Program-made: the position numbers and the translations under genes | IMG/VR virus record: IMGVR_UViG_3300014205_000194 | Location: 1 to 64,000 of that record | Strand: one strand, 5' to 3' | Origin: a virus | Lineage: Duplodnaviria; Caudoviricetes | Length of the DNA: 64,000 nucleotides | Shown here: positions 9,907 to 19,781 of the stretch, one piece after another | How the letters are laid out: every line of letters starts with the position of its first letter | Position numbering within the stretch: position 1 is the stretch's first letter | Notes under the pieces: generated by a model | Seen by the model: the letters and a program-made list of their open reading frames with translations, nothing else | The model's database searches: none | Told to the model about the DNA's origin: nothing

Positions 9907-10300
9907 TTTTCCAATAAAATCCTATCTGTCTAACCCGAAATTAAAACGGGAAGGACAGATTATCAACATGACACAACATCAAGTTGAGGAATTTATAAAG
10001 TGCGCCGATGATCCGATCTATTTCATTGAACATTATATGAAAGTAGTGACTTTGGATAGGGGCCTTGTCCAGATAAAATTATATGACTATCAAAGAGATG
10101 TGGTAAATGCTTGTCATTTAGATAGAAAAGTTGTAATGAAATACCCACGCCAGAGTGGAAAATGTCATGATAAATCAACTAAATATAGATTGAGGAATAA
10201 AAAAACTGGAATTGTGGTCGAAATGACAGCCGAACAATTCCATGTTTACCAATCAATATGTAGATTGGTCGAGGAATTAAAGAATGAGGAAATTAAATAA
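9890..10300 (+). CDS. gp17: Terminase large subunit gp17 N-extein (aa 1-91) fused to split-intein N-fragment (45 aa)
   Basis: YLSNPKLK...KCADDPIYF...LYDYQ...PRQSGK followed by CHDKSTKYRLRNKKTG (intein block A), then stop. Confidence 0.9.
   Translation: MSLINNFPIKSYLSNPKLKREGQIINMTQHQVEEFIKCADDPIYFIEHYMKVVTLDRGLVQIKLYDYQRDVVNACHLDRKVVMKYPRQSGKCHDKSTKYRLRNKKTGIVVEMTAEQFHVYQSICRLVEELKNEEIK
10163..10297 (+). mobile_element. Split intein N-fragment (IntN)
   Basis: Begins with Cys directly after the Walker A Lys. Confidence 0.8.
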
Positions 10301-11231
10301 CGGACCAAAAACACCAGAAGCGATACGAGCCAGTCACGAAAAACATACTGATCCATATAAGTATGTAGAGTGTTCGTTTTGTACATTTAGAGCCAAAGAA
10401 TTATCAAATCATGTAATTATCCACGACATTACTAGGGATGAATATAAAATAAATCATGGTCCGTTAAAATCACAAGAAATGTGCGATAGGGTAAAGGGAA
10501 GCAACAATCCAGCATATCAACATGGAGGTAAGTTTTCTCCTTTCTCATATAAATTTGTCAAGGGTACCGATAAAGTACAGGAGACTAAGAGGAAAGCAGC
10601 TCAATCTAGAGTCGACAACGAAAGTAATACAGCGTCGCTTGGATATTGGTTAAAATTAACGAACGGAGACGAAGCGACGGCGAAGAAACTCCAGGCAGAA
10701 AGGCAGGCTACATTCTCTATCGAAAAATGTATTGCCAAGTATGGAGAGGACGAAGGGAAACAACGCTGGCTTGATCGACAAGAGAAATGGCAGTCTACGT
10801 TAAACTCAAAGTCAGACGAAGAAAAAGCTGAAATAAACAAAAAGAAAATCTATAAAAATGGGATGTCTTCTAAAATAGAAAAAGAACTTTATAAAGAGTT
10901 AACTAATAATAGCGAGTTGCAATTGGAACAACAACTGACAATTCGTAGAAAAGATTCAAATAGATATTACGCATATGATATTACATATCAGAATAAAATA
11001 ATCGAATTTAACGGTGATTTGTGGCACGCCAACCCAGCTAAGTTCAGCGAAGATGATGTTCCTAGATTTCCATCTAATACAAAGACCGCTAAGGAAATAT
11101 GGAATAAAGACGAATTAAAGAAACAAACTGCCATCGATCATGGATACGAATTATTCGTGGTGTGGGAAACTGACTTCAGAACGAACAAACAAAAGGTAAT
11201 ACAAGATTGTATAAACTTTCTGACAACATAG
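10284..11231 (+). CDS. Free-standing homing endonuclease, Vsr/DUF559-like, with N-terminal Zn-finger
   Basis: CSFC..H...H, KYGEDEGKQRW repeat, C-terminal YDITYQNKIIEFNGDLWH...VVWE. Lies between the intein halves. Confidence 0.8.
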   Translation: MRKLNNGPKTPEAIRASHEKHTDPYKYVECSFCTFRAKELSNHVIIHDITRDEYKINHGPLKSQEMCDRVKGSNNPAYQHGGKFSPFSYKFVKGTDKVQETKRKAAQSRVDNESNTASLGYWLKLTNGDEATAKKLQAERQATFSIEKCIAKYGEDEGKQRWLDRQEKWQSTLNSKSDEEKAEINKKKIYKNGMSSKIEKELYKELTNNSELQLEQQLTIRRKDSNRYYAYDITYQNKIIEFNGDLWHANPAKFSEDDVPRFPSNTKTAKEIWNKDELKKQTAIDHGYELFVVWETDFRTNKQKVIQDCINFLTT

Positions 11232-11572
11232 AAAGGAAATTTATAGAAGTAGTTGATGTTTCTGATTGGGAGATAGAGACGGAATCTGGCTGGGAACCAA
11301 TAACATCAACCAATAAAACCATCGAATATGAAATTTATAGGGTAATTCTATCTAACGGACTAGAACTTTTATGCGCCGACACTCATATTTTAATGCAAGA
11401 GGATTATTCAGAAATATTCGCCGTTGATTCAATTGGCTCTCTGATTAGGACTAAACAAGGTATTGCTAATGTAGTTTCAGTCGAAAAAACTGGCATATTC
11501 GACAATATGTACGATTTGTCGGTAGATTCAGTCGAACACACATATTATACGAATGATATTCTATCCCATAAC
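11207..11572 (+). mobile_element. Split intein C-fragment (IntC)
   Basis: Ends in His-Asn, +1 residue Ser at 11573. Confidence 0.85.
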
Positions 11573-12937
11573 TCAACCACGACAGTTGGATTTATCCTTT
11601 GGTACTCCATCTTCAGTGAGATGAAGACTGTCGCTATTCTCGCCAACAAAGAGCGCACCTCAAGGGAAATTCTTTCCCGGTACAAATTGGCATATGAACA
11701 TCTGCCTCTGTGGATGCAACAAGGTGTATTGGAGTGGAACAAAGGTACGATTGAGCTAGAAAATGGATGTAAGGTAATTGCTGCATCTACTTCTTCTAGT
11801 GCCATCAGGGGACAATCTATTAACCTACTCTATCTCGATGAGTTTGCGTTCGTTCCCAATAATATTGCCGATGAGTTCTTCGCTTCTGTTTATCCTACTA
11901 TTTCATCCGGCACAACCTCTAAGATTATCATATCATCTACGCCGAATGGTATGAACCATTTCTATAAGATTTGTTCTGAGGCTAAAGAGAATAGGAATGG
12001 GTTTAAGTTACTAGAAATTACCTGGAGAAATGTTCCTGGTAGAGATGAAAAATGGGAAGCGGATCAGCGTTCTACTCTAGGAGAAGATAAATTCCTCCAG
12101 GAAATGGAGGGAGAGTTCCTTGGTAGCTCTGGTACTCTGATATCAACGACTGGATTGAAGTCTCTGTCGTTCATCCCACCGCTGTTCTCTCCTATTGATG
12201 GATTGGACATCTATCATGAAGTAGAACAGGATAAAAACTATGTCATCATTGCCGATACTGCTCGCGGTAATGGCGGAGACTACTCGGCTCTGGTTGTAAT
12301 TGATATTGATGAAGTACCATACAAGATAACAGCAAAATACAGAAACAATACCATATCTCCTATGATGTTCCCGGATATTATCGTAAATGTGGCCAGACTA
12401 TACAACAGTGCATACCTATTGATAGAAAATAATGATGCCGGTGGTCAGGTAGCCGACACGGTTCTCTATGAGCTCGAATACGACAATATGTTCTATACGG
12501 AAAATATCAGGGGTTCTACACAACTGACACAAAGCGGTAACAGACGAAGAATCAATGGTATAAGGACAGATAAACGCAATAAGCGTCTTGGATGTATTGC
12601 TCTGAAATCGCTCGTAGAGGGTAGGAAACTACTCATCCAAGATTTCGAAATCATAACAGAGTTATCCACGTTCATCCATAAGAAAGATACATATATGGCA
12701 GACGACGGGCACAATGATGATTTGGTTATGTGTCTAGTCCTATTCTCCTGGATGTCTACCCAACCATTCTTCAAGGACTTATCTAATACTGATATTAGAC
12801 AGAAGTTGTTCGATGAAAAGATCAGACAAATGGAAGAATCAATGCCACCGATGCCATTCACCAACGAATCAATAGCCGAGGCCGAGTCCAGATATATAGA
12901 AGATGGGGTGGTTTGGGAGATCGGCGTATCCATGTGA
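11207..12937 (+). CDS. gp17: Split-intein C-fragment (aa 1-122) fused to terminase large subunit gp17 C-extein
   Basis: LLCADTHIL (block B), MYDLSV..HTYYTNDILSHN|STTT (blocks F/G), then AIRGQSINLLYLDEFAF, SSTPNG, ADTARG, HNDDLVM. Confidence 0.92.
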   Translation: MYKLSDNIERKFIEVVDVSDWEIETESGWEPITSTNKTIEYEIYRVILSNGLELLCADTHILMQEDYSEIFAVDSIGSLIRTKQGIANVVSVEKTGIFDNMYDLSVDSVEHTYYTNDILSHNSTTTVGFILWYSIFSEMKTVAILANKERTSREILSRYKLAYEHLPLWMQQGVLEWNKGTIELENGCKVIAASTSSSAIRGQSINLLYLDEFAFVPNNIADEFFASVYPTISSGTTSKIIISSTPNGMNHFYKICSEAKENRNGFKLLEITWRNVPGRDEKWEADQRSTLGEDKFLQEMEGEFLGSSGTLISTTGLKSLSFIPPLFSPIDGLDIYHEVEQDKNYVIIADTARGNGGDYSALVVIDIDEVPYKITAKYRNNTISPMMFPDIIVNVARLYNSAYLLIENNDAGGQVADTVLYELEYDNMFYTENIRGSTQLTQSGNRRRINGIRTDKRNKRLGCIALKSLVEGRKLLIQDFEIITELSTFIHKKDTYMADDGHNDDLVMCLVLFSWMSTQPFFKDLSNTDIRQKLFDEKIRQMEESMPPMPFTNESIAEAESRYIEDGVVWEIGVSM

Positions 12938-12951
12938 GAAAACGCTTATTA

Positions 12952-12959
12952 ACTAAATA
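12952..12959 (+). promoter_or_regulatory. T4-type late promoter (ACTAAATA) for gp18
   Basis: TATAAATA-like box in the intergenic gap, followed by aaggag RBS. Confidence 0.6.
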
Positions 12960-13008
12960 CACTTACGAGCATTGTCTCTAAAGAATATTATTAAAAAGGA
13001 GCACTAAA

Positions 13009-14694
13009 TTGTCAAATTTTCAGACCTCGCCAGGAGTTGCATTTTCCGAAATCGACGCCACTTCTGGAATTCCGGCGACCTCCGTATCTACTGGCGCATA
13101 TGCCGGTGTGTTTAACTGGGGTCCAGCAAACCAAATCGTAACTATTTCTACTGAACCACAGCTTCTGTCTACGTTCGGAGCACCCGACGATAATACCGCT
13201 GTTTCGTTCATGTCTGCTGCTAACTTCCTGGCATATTCGCAGGACTTGCGAGTAGTTCGCTCGATTAATGCGAACGGGTCTTCGCGAAATGCAACGGCAA
13301 ATGCAAACGCATCGATTGTGATTGATAATGCTGATACCTACTTCACCAATTACTATAATGGTGTTTCTGGATATGGTGCGTGGGCCGCTCGATATGCAGG
13401 AACGCTAGGCAACTCGCTTAAAGTTTCCGTGTGCGATAGCAACACAGCATATACTTCTTGGGCCTATGCTGGTCAGTTCTCTAGCGCACCCGGCACATCT
13501 GATGCAGTATCGGCATTGGGCGGTTCTGCTGATGAGTTGCACCTGGTTATCGTCGACGAAGATGGCGCGTTTACTGGTACTCCTAACACGGTCATTGAAC
13601 GTTTCAGTAACCTGTCTAAAGCATCCGATGCACAAAACAGCGACGGAACAACCAACTACTATAAAGAAGTTATTTACCGCACCTCGAAATATGTCCATTG
13701 GCTGGCTCACCCAACCAACAACACCTCCGGCTGGGGATCGGCAACGGGTAATGTGGTCTATTCGACTCAGGCTACTGCTAATACTGTTTCGCTGGCAAAC
13801 GGTGCGCTGGGTACTGTTGTTTCCGGCAACGTTATCACTGCGTTGGATAAATTCAATAACAAAGAAACTGTGGATATTTCGCTGATGTTCACTGGAGCCG
13901 GCGACACTACCGTTATTGCAGAAGGCATTTCGATTGCCGAGAGCCGCAAGGACATCGTCGTTTGTGTTAGTCCGTCGCTTACAGCTACTCAGAACACTTC
14001 TTCTGGCCCGGCAGTTGCTATTACCGATGAATTTAGTTCATTGACACACTCGACCTATGCTGTTGTAGATAGCGGATGGAAATACCAATACGATAAGTAC
14101 AATGACAAGTATCGTTGGGTTCCGCTGAATGCTGATACAGCTGGTCTGATGGCTCGTACCGATAAAGATAGAGATCCTTGGTTCTCTCCTGCCGGTACTT
14201 CTCGTGGCAACATCAAAAATGTCATTAAACTAGCATTCAATCCGACCCAGACAGATCGTGATACGCTCTACAAGAACGGTATCAACCCGGTCGTTTCGTT
14301 CCCAGGCGAAGGTACTATCCTATATGGAGATAAGACATTCCAGAACAAGCCTAGTGCGTTTGATCGAATCAACGTTCGCAGACTGTTTATTGTTCTAGAA
14401 AAAGTTATTTCTCGTGCTGCACGTTCTAGTCTGTTCGAGTTCAACGATGAGTTTACTCGTGCTCAGTTCGTGAATCTGGTAGAACCATACCTGAGAACCG
14501 TAAAAGGTCGTCGTGGTGTATATGACTTCAAAGTAGTATGTGATACGACTAACAATACGCCAGATATCATTGATCAGAACCAGTTTGTAGGCGACATCTA
14601 CATCAAACCAAGCAGAAGCATCAATTATATCCAGTTGAACTTCATCGCGGTTAGATCTGGTGTTGCATTTAGCGAAATTGTGGGCAGATTCTAA
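13009..14694 (+). CDS. gp18: Tail sheath protein gp18
   Basis: SPGVAFSEID...FNWGP...PWFSPAG..RG...GDKT...AFDRINVRRLF. TTG start. Confidence 0.95.
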   Translation: MSNFQTSPGVAFSEIDATSGIPATSVSTGAYAGVFNWGPANQIVTISTEPQLLSTFGAPDDNTAVSFMSAANFLAYSQDLRVVRSINANGSSRNATANANASIVIDNADTYFTNYYNGVSGYGAWAARYAGTLGNSLKVSVCDSNTAYTSWAYAGQFSSAPGTSDAVSALGGSADELHLVIVDEDGAFTGTPNTVIERFSNLSKASDAQNSDGTTNYYKEVIYRTSKYVHWLAHPTNNTSGWGSATGNVVYSTQATANTVSLANGALGTVVSGNVITALDKFNNKETVDISLMFTGAGDTTVIAEGISIAESRKDIVVCVSPSLTATQNTSSGPAVAITDEFSSLTHSTYAVVDSGWKYQYDKYNDKYRWVPLNADTAGLMARTDKDRDPWFSPAGTSRGNIKNVIKLAFNPTQTDRDTLYKNGINPVVSFPGEGTILYGDKTFQNKPSAFDRINVRRLFIVLEKVISRAARSSLFEFNDEFTRAQFVNLVEPYLRTVKGRRGVYDFKVVCDTTNNTPDIIDQNQFVGDIYIKPSRSINYIQLNFIAVRSGVAFSEIVGRF

Positions 14695-14708
14695 AGGATC
14701 TGTTCCAC

Positions 14709-14716
14709 AATAAATA
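14709..14716 (+). promoter_or_regulatory. T4-type late promoter (AATAAATA) for gp19
   Basis: TAAATA core upstream of aggag RBS. Confidence 0.55.
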
Positions 14717-14740
14717 ACAAAGCTAATTAGGAGAAATTAA

Positions 14741-15334
14741 ATGGCGTTTGACGTAAACCAATTCAGAGCAGCACTTACTGGAGACGGAGCAAGACCAAAC
14801 TTGTTCCAAATCCAGCTGGTGTTCCCGAATTATATTAACAATGCTAGTCTTGCCGGCGTAAAGACTACATTCATGGCATCCTCGGCTCAGCTGCCCGATT
14901 CCAATATCGGTACTGCTCCGTTGTATTATTTCGGAAGAGAATCTAAACATGCTGGCAATAGAACCTATTCGCCGTGGACGATTAACATTATAAACGACGA
15001 AGACTTCGTTTCTCGCGATGCGTTTATGCGTTGGCACGATGCAATTAACGCGCCGGTTGGAAGTATCCGTGATGTAAGAGCGGCTATTCTCGATGGTGGA
15101 TATGCTGTTGATTCGAAAGTCACTCAGTTCGGCAAGACAGGAAACGTAATCAAGACATATAACTTTGTAGGTATGTGGCCAACCAACGTTTCTCCAATCG
15201 AAATGAACTGGCAAGCAAATGATCAGATCGAAGAGTTTTCTGTTACGTTCGATTATCAGTATTGGACAGAAGCCGATAGTGCTCTTGGCACTGCTGCTGC
15301 CGCTGCTGCTACTGCTGCTGGCGCTGCCGTTTGA
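14741..15334 (+). CDS. gp19: Tail tube protein gp19
   Basis: GARPNLF...AGNRTYSPWTI...WPTNVSPI...IEEFSVTFDYQYW, with an Ala-rich C-terminal tail. Confidence 0.93.
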   Translation: MAFDVNQFRAALTGDGARPNLFQIQLVFPNYINNASLAGVKTTFMASSAQLPDSNIGTAPLYYFGRESKHAGNRTYSPWTINIINDEDFVSRDAFMRWHDAINAPVGSIRDVRAAILDGGYAVDSKVTQFGKTGNVIKTYNFVGMWPTNVSPIEMNWQANDQIEEFSVTFDYQYWTEADSALGTAAAAAATAAGAAV

Positions 15335-15380
15335 TGGTGGGCATTCGTCCACCAATTCTTTATGTTGGAGTAAATAGTTC

Positions 15381-18332
15381 GTGGCGATGAAATTCTTGGG
15401 CTTTACCATTTCCCGGGAGGAGGACAATAAACTCCCGGATACTCCTATTCCTGTTCAAAAGGAAGATGGTGCCCTCAATATTCAGACCGGTGGGCATTAT
15501 GGCATTTACGTCGATATTGATGGTTCGTATAAGAGCGAAGTAGATCTAATCACGAAATATAGAACGATGGCAATGCAACCAGAAATGGATGCTGCTATCG
15601 AAGACATCATCAACGAGTCTATTGTCCATGATGAACGCGGACAGACTGTAAAGATCGTCACAGATGAACTAAAGCAGCCAGATAGAATCAAGAACATGAT
15701 TAATGTCGAATTCGAAACATTAATCAAGATGCTCGATTTCGGTAATCAGGGTTCAGAAATCTATCGCCGTTGGTATGTAGATGGTCGCTTGTATTACAAC
15801 GTTATTATTGATCCAAAGAATACTGCTGCCGGCATTCAGTCTCTGGTCTATGTTGATCCTAGAAGAATTAGAAAGATTCGTGCTATCAATAAGAAGCGCG
15901 GAGAAAATGGCGCGGATATCGTCGGCTCTGTCGAAGAATTTTATGTCTACAACGAAAAGCTAGTAAACAATAATACACAGAATCCGCAGATTACTGGAAA
16001 CTATGCTGGTGGAATCAAACTGGCAAAGGACTCAATCGTCTACATTAACTCTGGCCTGACTGACCCGGCTAAGTCGACGGTTCTTTCGTATCTACACAAA
16101 GCCATTCGCCCGATGAACCAACTGCGTTTCATTGAAGATGCGACCGTAATTTACAAGGTATCCAGAGCACCAGAACGTCGAGTGTTCTATATTGATGTCG
16201 GTAACATGCCACGACTGAAGGCGGAACAGTATCTCAAAGATACGATGACTAAGTTCCGTAATAAGATTCAATACGATTCATCGACCGGAGAGATCAGAGA
16301 TGATCGTAGACACCAATGTCTAACGATGGATACGTTAGTTCCGTTATTAGACGGTAGAACTCTATCACTAGAAGAAATATCTAAGGAGTATGAAACCAAT
16401 CAACTGTGGGCATATTCTTGTGATCCTATTACAGGTAAGTTCTCCCCAGGCCTAATTACTTGGGCTGGTGTCTCTCGGCCAAACGCAATTGTTATGCGCA
16501 TAACTCTTGATAATGGCGAAAGTATCATATGTACACCAGACCACACATTCCCAGTATGGGGAAGGGGCTTAGTTAAAGCCGAGGATTTGGTTTCTGGTGA
16601 TTCTATGATTCCGTTGTATAGAAGAAATTCTGGCATCGAAGGCGACAAAAAGAATAAAGAATATGAACAGATTTTCGATAACGATAAAAAGGAGTGGGTA
16701 TTTACGCACAGAGCAGTTTCTGCTTGGAAAGATGAAGTTGGCATTGATAACCATTTTATTTTTGACGAAGCTAACTGTGTCGGTAAATTCAACACAATTC
16801 ACCATAAAAATATAAATCGGTTTGATAATTCGCCATTGAATTTGGTTAAAATGGCGAATAAAGATCACATCAAATATCACCAACATTCTAGTTCAAACTC
16901 TGGTAAAATTGGTGGTAGAAATTGTTATGAGATGGGAGTTGGCGTCCACAATAAACAACACCCGGATTACAGAGAATGGCACGTCAAAGCTGGTAAAGTT
17001 GGCGGAAGGAGTTCAGTCGACTCAGGGGCAGCTGGTAATAATTTATCCAAAGGAAGATCTATACTAGCGGAACGCATGAGCGACGAAGATTTTAATGAGT
17101 GGTTTAGATTGCAGCAAAAAGCTGGTTGGACGGAAGATAAGAAAAAAATAGCTTCTGGTCATGCAGTTAAAAATAATTTGAGTAAACGCGGAAATGATGC
17201 TCAAAGGGAACAGTGGAAATCTGGTAAAAAGCAAGAAAACCACAACAGGCTCTACAAAGTAGAATATTGTGATTCTATTATTTCGTTGATAGAAGATTGC
17301 GCCAAAAATGGGCTTTATGTTAAAGATGCAGTTGTTTATATAAACAATAATACATCAGTCATCAATGAATGGAGAATACTAAATTCGTGCAAAGTTACTT
17401 CAGAAAAACAAAAGGATTTTTCTGTTTTCAATAAACAAGACTTGGATAGGGCAGTTAGGGGCAAGTGGAATTGTTCGTTTCCATCATTAAAAGAACAATA
17501 CAAATATAGAAATCACAAAATAGTAAGCGTTGAATATCTGGAAGATAGATTCGATACTGGTTGTTTGACTATTGATGGAGATGAAATATACCACAACAAT
17601 CATACGTTTGCGTTGGCAGCTGGAATTTATACAAAAAATTCTATGCTAGAAGACTTCTGGCTTCCTAGGACCGGAGATGGTAAGAATACAGAAATTACCA
17701 CCCTACCAGCAGGAGAAGGTCTCGGCAATAACGAAGATATCCTGTATTTCGAGAAGAAGCTATACAGAGCACTGAACGTTCCTGTTTCTAGATTAGAGGC
17801 TCAACAGGGCTTTACCCTGGGTCGTTCTAGCGAGATTACCAGGGACGAATTGAAGTTCGATAAGTTCATTGATAGGTTACGCTCTAAATTCTCTACACTG
17901 TTCGACGAACTTCTCGCGCGCCAGTTGGCCCTGAAGGGTGTTTGTACCCTAGAAGAATGGGAAGATTTCAAACAATACATTCACTATGACTTCATTAAGG
18001 ACAATAATTTCACTGAGTTGAAGGAAGCCGAATTAATTCAGAATAGAATGAATACGCTTCAGCTGGTTGATCCATATATCGGCAGATTCTTCTCCGAGGC
18101 CTGGGTCTATAAGCACGTTCTCTGTTTACACGATGACGAAATTTCACAGATGCAAAAAGAGATGGCAGAAGACCAGAAGCGTCAGGTATTGGTAGATGCC
18201 GATAATAACACTGACGCCGGCAATGGCGACGAGCAAGACCAAGAACAACAAGGAAATCAGCAATCTTCTAATGATACATTTGCTGATATAAATAATAAAG
18301 TTAAACAATTCACAGGAGGCTCTAATGCCTAA
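15381..18332 (+). CDS. gp20: Portal protein gp20 containing an intein
   Basis: RRWYVDGR, LHKAIRPMNQLR, RAPERRVFYIDVGN, then the insert, then SMLEDFWLPR...ITRDELKF. Confidence 0.95.
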   Translation: MAMKFLGFTISREEDNKLPDTPIPVQKEDGALNIQTGGHYGIYVDIDGSYKSEVDLITKYRTMAMQPEMDAAIEDIINESIVHDERGQTVKIVTDELKQPDRIKNMINVEFETLIKMLDFGNQGSEIYRRWYVDGRLYYNVIIDPKNTAAGIQSLVYVDPRRIRKIRAINKKRGENGADIVGSVEEFYVYNEKLVNNNTQNPQITGNYAGGIKLAKDSIVYINSGLTDPAKSTVLSYLHKAIRPMNQLRFIEDATVIYKVSRAPERRVFYIDVGNMPRLKAEQYLKDTMTKFRNKIQYDSSTGEIRDDRRHQCLTMDTLVPLLDGRTLSLEEISKEYETNQLWAYSCDPITGKFSPGLITWAGVSRPNAIVMRITLDNGESIICTPDHTFPVWGRGLVKAEDLVSGDSMIPLYRRNSGIEGDKKNKEYEQIFDNDKKEWVFTHRAVSAWKDEVGIDNHFIFDEANCVGKFNTIHHKNINRFDNSPLNLVKMANKDHIKYHQHSSSNSGKIGGRNCYEMGVGVHNKQHPDYREWHVKAGKVGGRSSVDSGAAGNNLSKGRSILAERMSDEDFNEWFRLQQKAGWTEDKKKIASGHAVKNNLSKRGNDAQREQWKSGKKQENHNRLYKVEYCDSIISLIEDCAKNGLYVKDAVVYINNNTSVINEWRILNSCKVTSEKQKDFSVFNKQDLDRAVRGKWNCSFPSLKEQYKYRNHKIVSVEYLEDRFDTGCLTIDGDEIYHNNHTFALAAGIYTKNSMLEDFWLPRTGDGKNTEITTLPAGEGLGNNEDILYFEKKLYRALNVPVSRLEAQQGFTLGRSSEITRDELKFDKFIDRLRSKFSTLFDELLARQLALKGVCTLEEWEDFKQYIHYDFIKDNNFTELKEAELIQNRMNTLQLVDPYIGRFFSEAWVYKHVLCLHDDEISQMQKEMAEDQKRQVLVDADNNTDAGNGDEQDQEQQGNQQSSNDTFADINNKVKQFTGGSNA
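16317..17639 (+). mobile_element. Intein (441 aa) with HNH endonuclease domain
   Basis: Starts CLTMDTLVPLLDG, contains CTPDHTF (block B) and THRAV...IHHKNINRFDNSPLNL (HNH), ends HTFALAAGIYTKN|S. Confidence 0.9.
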
Positions 18333-18513
18333 TTTTATTGACAGTCTAGAATCGGGCGACGCAGTCGAATTCAAACAACAGTTCGAAGCGGCAGTAGAAA
18401 CCAACCTTTCTGATTTAATCGAACTCGAAAAGATCGAAGTTGCCAAGTCATTTTTCGGTCAACAGACTGAAGCTGTGATCGAAAAAGCTGCAGATAAGTT
18501 GGCCAAGGATTGA
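18325..18513 (+). CDS. Small prohead core protein (gp67-like)
   Basis: Acidic 62 aa ending K.EVAKSFF, directly after the portal. Confidence 0.55.
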   Translation: MPNFIDSLESGDAVEFKQQFEAAVETNLSDLIELEKIEVAKSFFGQQTEAVIEKAADKLAKD

Positions 18514-18517
18514 CGCA

Positions 18518-18865
18518 ATGAAAACCTTTTCTCAGTTTATTCTAGAAAATTCATATTCTGCCAAGTCGGCAGCTGCCGGTAAGGATATCGACAAGCCTGG
18601 TAAGAATTTCGAAAAAATCACAGATAAGGCAGCCAAGGAATATGGATCTAAAGAAGCCGGCGAAAAAGTTGCCGGTGCAGTTCTGTCTAAACTGAGAAAA
18701 GAAGGAACAGATCAGCTGGAAGAAACACTATCTGCTAATGCGCCTACCGGCGAATGGGTGAATGATTTCGTAAAGTCGGATAATCCTAAATTCAAAGGGA
18801 AATCCACGAAAGAACGAATCAAGATGGCACTGGGGGCGGCGTATGCCGCTAAGAAAGGTAAATGA
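18518..18865 (+). CDS. Putative internal head protein with capsid-targeting N-terminus
   Basis: MKTFSQFILE resembles the T4 CTS MKTYQEFIAE. Contains DFVKSDNPKFKGKS..RI.MA module. Confidence 0.6.
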   Translation: MKTFSQFILENSYSAKSAAAGKDIDKPGKNFEKITDKAAKEYGSKEAGEKVAGAVLSKLRKEGTDQLEETLSANAPTGEWVNDFVKSDNPKFKGKSTKERIKMALGAAYAAKKGK

Positions 18866-19350
18866 AAAAGTTTTCTGATTTTAGGCAACCAAAAGAAGTC
18901 ATAAAGGAATCGACTACGGGCGATCTTCCTATGACCATTTTGCTTGTTAGAAAGGGAATTAGAATATTTCCTACCGGCGATAGAGTGGCACTATATACAA
19001 ACTCTAAGTTGGGCGTAGATGTTTCTATTCCCTATAGTCACGGTGCGCACTCGCATATGAAAGGGTTTGGCCAGTTAACGAAAGAAGATACGGAACTCGA
19101 CGAAGACTATTCTGTTATCAGAACGCTACAGGGTTCGCTGGAAACGGGTGAACCGAAAGAAGTGATTCACGGCGGTGCATCGACAAAGGTACAACCGGCA
19201 ACTGCCAAAAACATTTTAAAATTATATTCCGTTCTGACTCAATCGAATCAGAAGAGAGTGCGCGAGATGCTGCACTCTGGACCAAAAGATTTTCTAAAGG
19301 TGGCGAAGTTTGCACAAGACTCTGCCCGTAATATAGGAACCCCTCGATGA
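18862..19350 (+). CDS. Putative internal head/prohead protein
   Basis: MKKFSDFR start and IKE/LDE cleavage-like sites, in the head operon. Confidence 0.55.
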   Translation: MKKFSDFRQPKEVIKESTTGDLPMTILLVRKGIRIFPTGDRVALYTNSKLGVDVSIPYSHGAHSHMKGFGQLTKEDTELDEDYSVIRTLQGSLETGEPKEVIHGGASTKVQPATAKNILKLYSVLTQSNQKRVREMLHSGPKDFLKVAKFAQDSARNIGTPR

Positions 19351-19781
19351 ATACGGCACCGAATGTTGTCAATACCAGAGTTCTTTTTGATAGTGCTGAA
19401 AAGTCTGTCATTCAATTCATTGGATATTATACAACAGCGACGACAGCTAATACTAAGGCTCTTACATCAAATACTCTTTCTTATGCTAATACATCGGCAC
19501 CTAATAATTTGGTTACGGTGGAGAAGATTCAATTCGCTTCTAAGTGCAATGGTTTTGTTTCTTTAGAATGGATGGGCGCAGCGGGCATCAATACAGCATT
19601 CTTTACATCTGGCTCTTCGGCTGGTGTGATAGAAGGCCCATATGCTCCTGATATCTCCGGTGCGGTCGGAGACATTAACGTTCGTACACACGGACTCAAT
19701 GCAAACGATTCGTTCAATGTAATCGTTACCTGTAAGAAAGATATTAATGGCGGATTTGCTAACGCGACGGCTTGGTACTAA
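19347..19781 (+). CDS. Hypothetical virion protein (head operon)
   Basis: 144 aa, Asn-Thr-rich beta protein, overlapping start/stop with neighbours. Confidence 0.55.
   Translation: MNTAPNVVNTRVLFDSAEKSVIQFIGYYTTATTANTKALTSNTLSYANTSAPNNLVTVEKIQFASKCNGFVSLEWMGAAGINTAFFTSGSSAGVIEGPYAPDISGAVGDINVRTHGLNANDSFNVIVTCKKDINGGFANATAWY

Noticed and set aside
10284-11231. Terminase split as a pair of sequencing frameshifts
   Set aside because: Both junctions have start codons with SD-like sequences and short overlaps, matching the known fractured-gene layout. Read-level confirmation is still advisable.
15288-15331. GCT-rich microsatellite at the end of gp19
   Set aside because: Explained by an Ala-rich coding tail. 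Imperfect and in frame.
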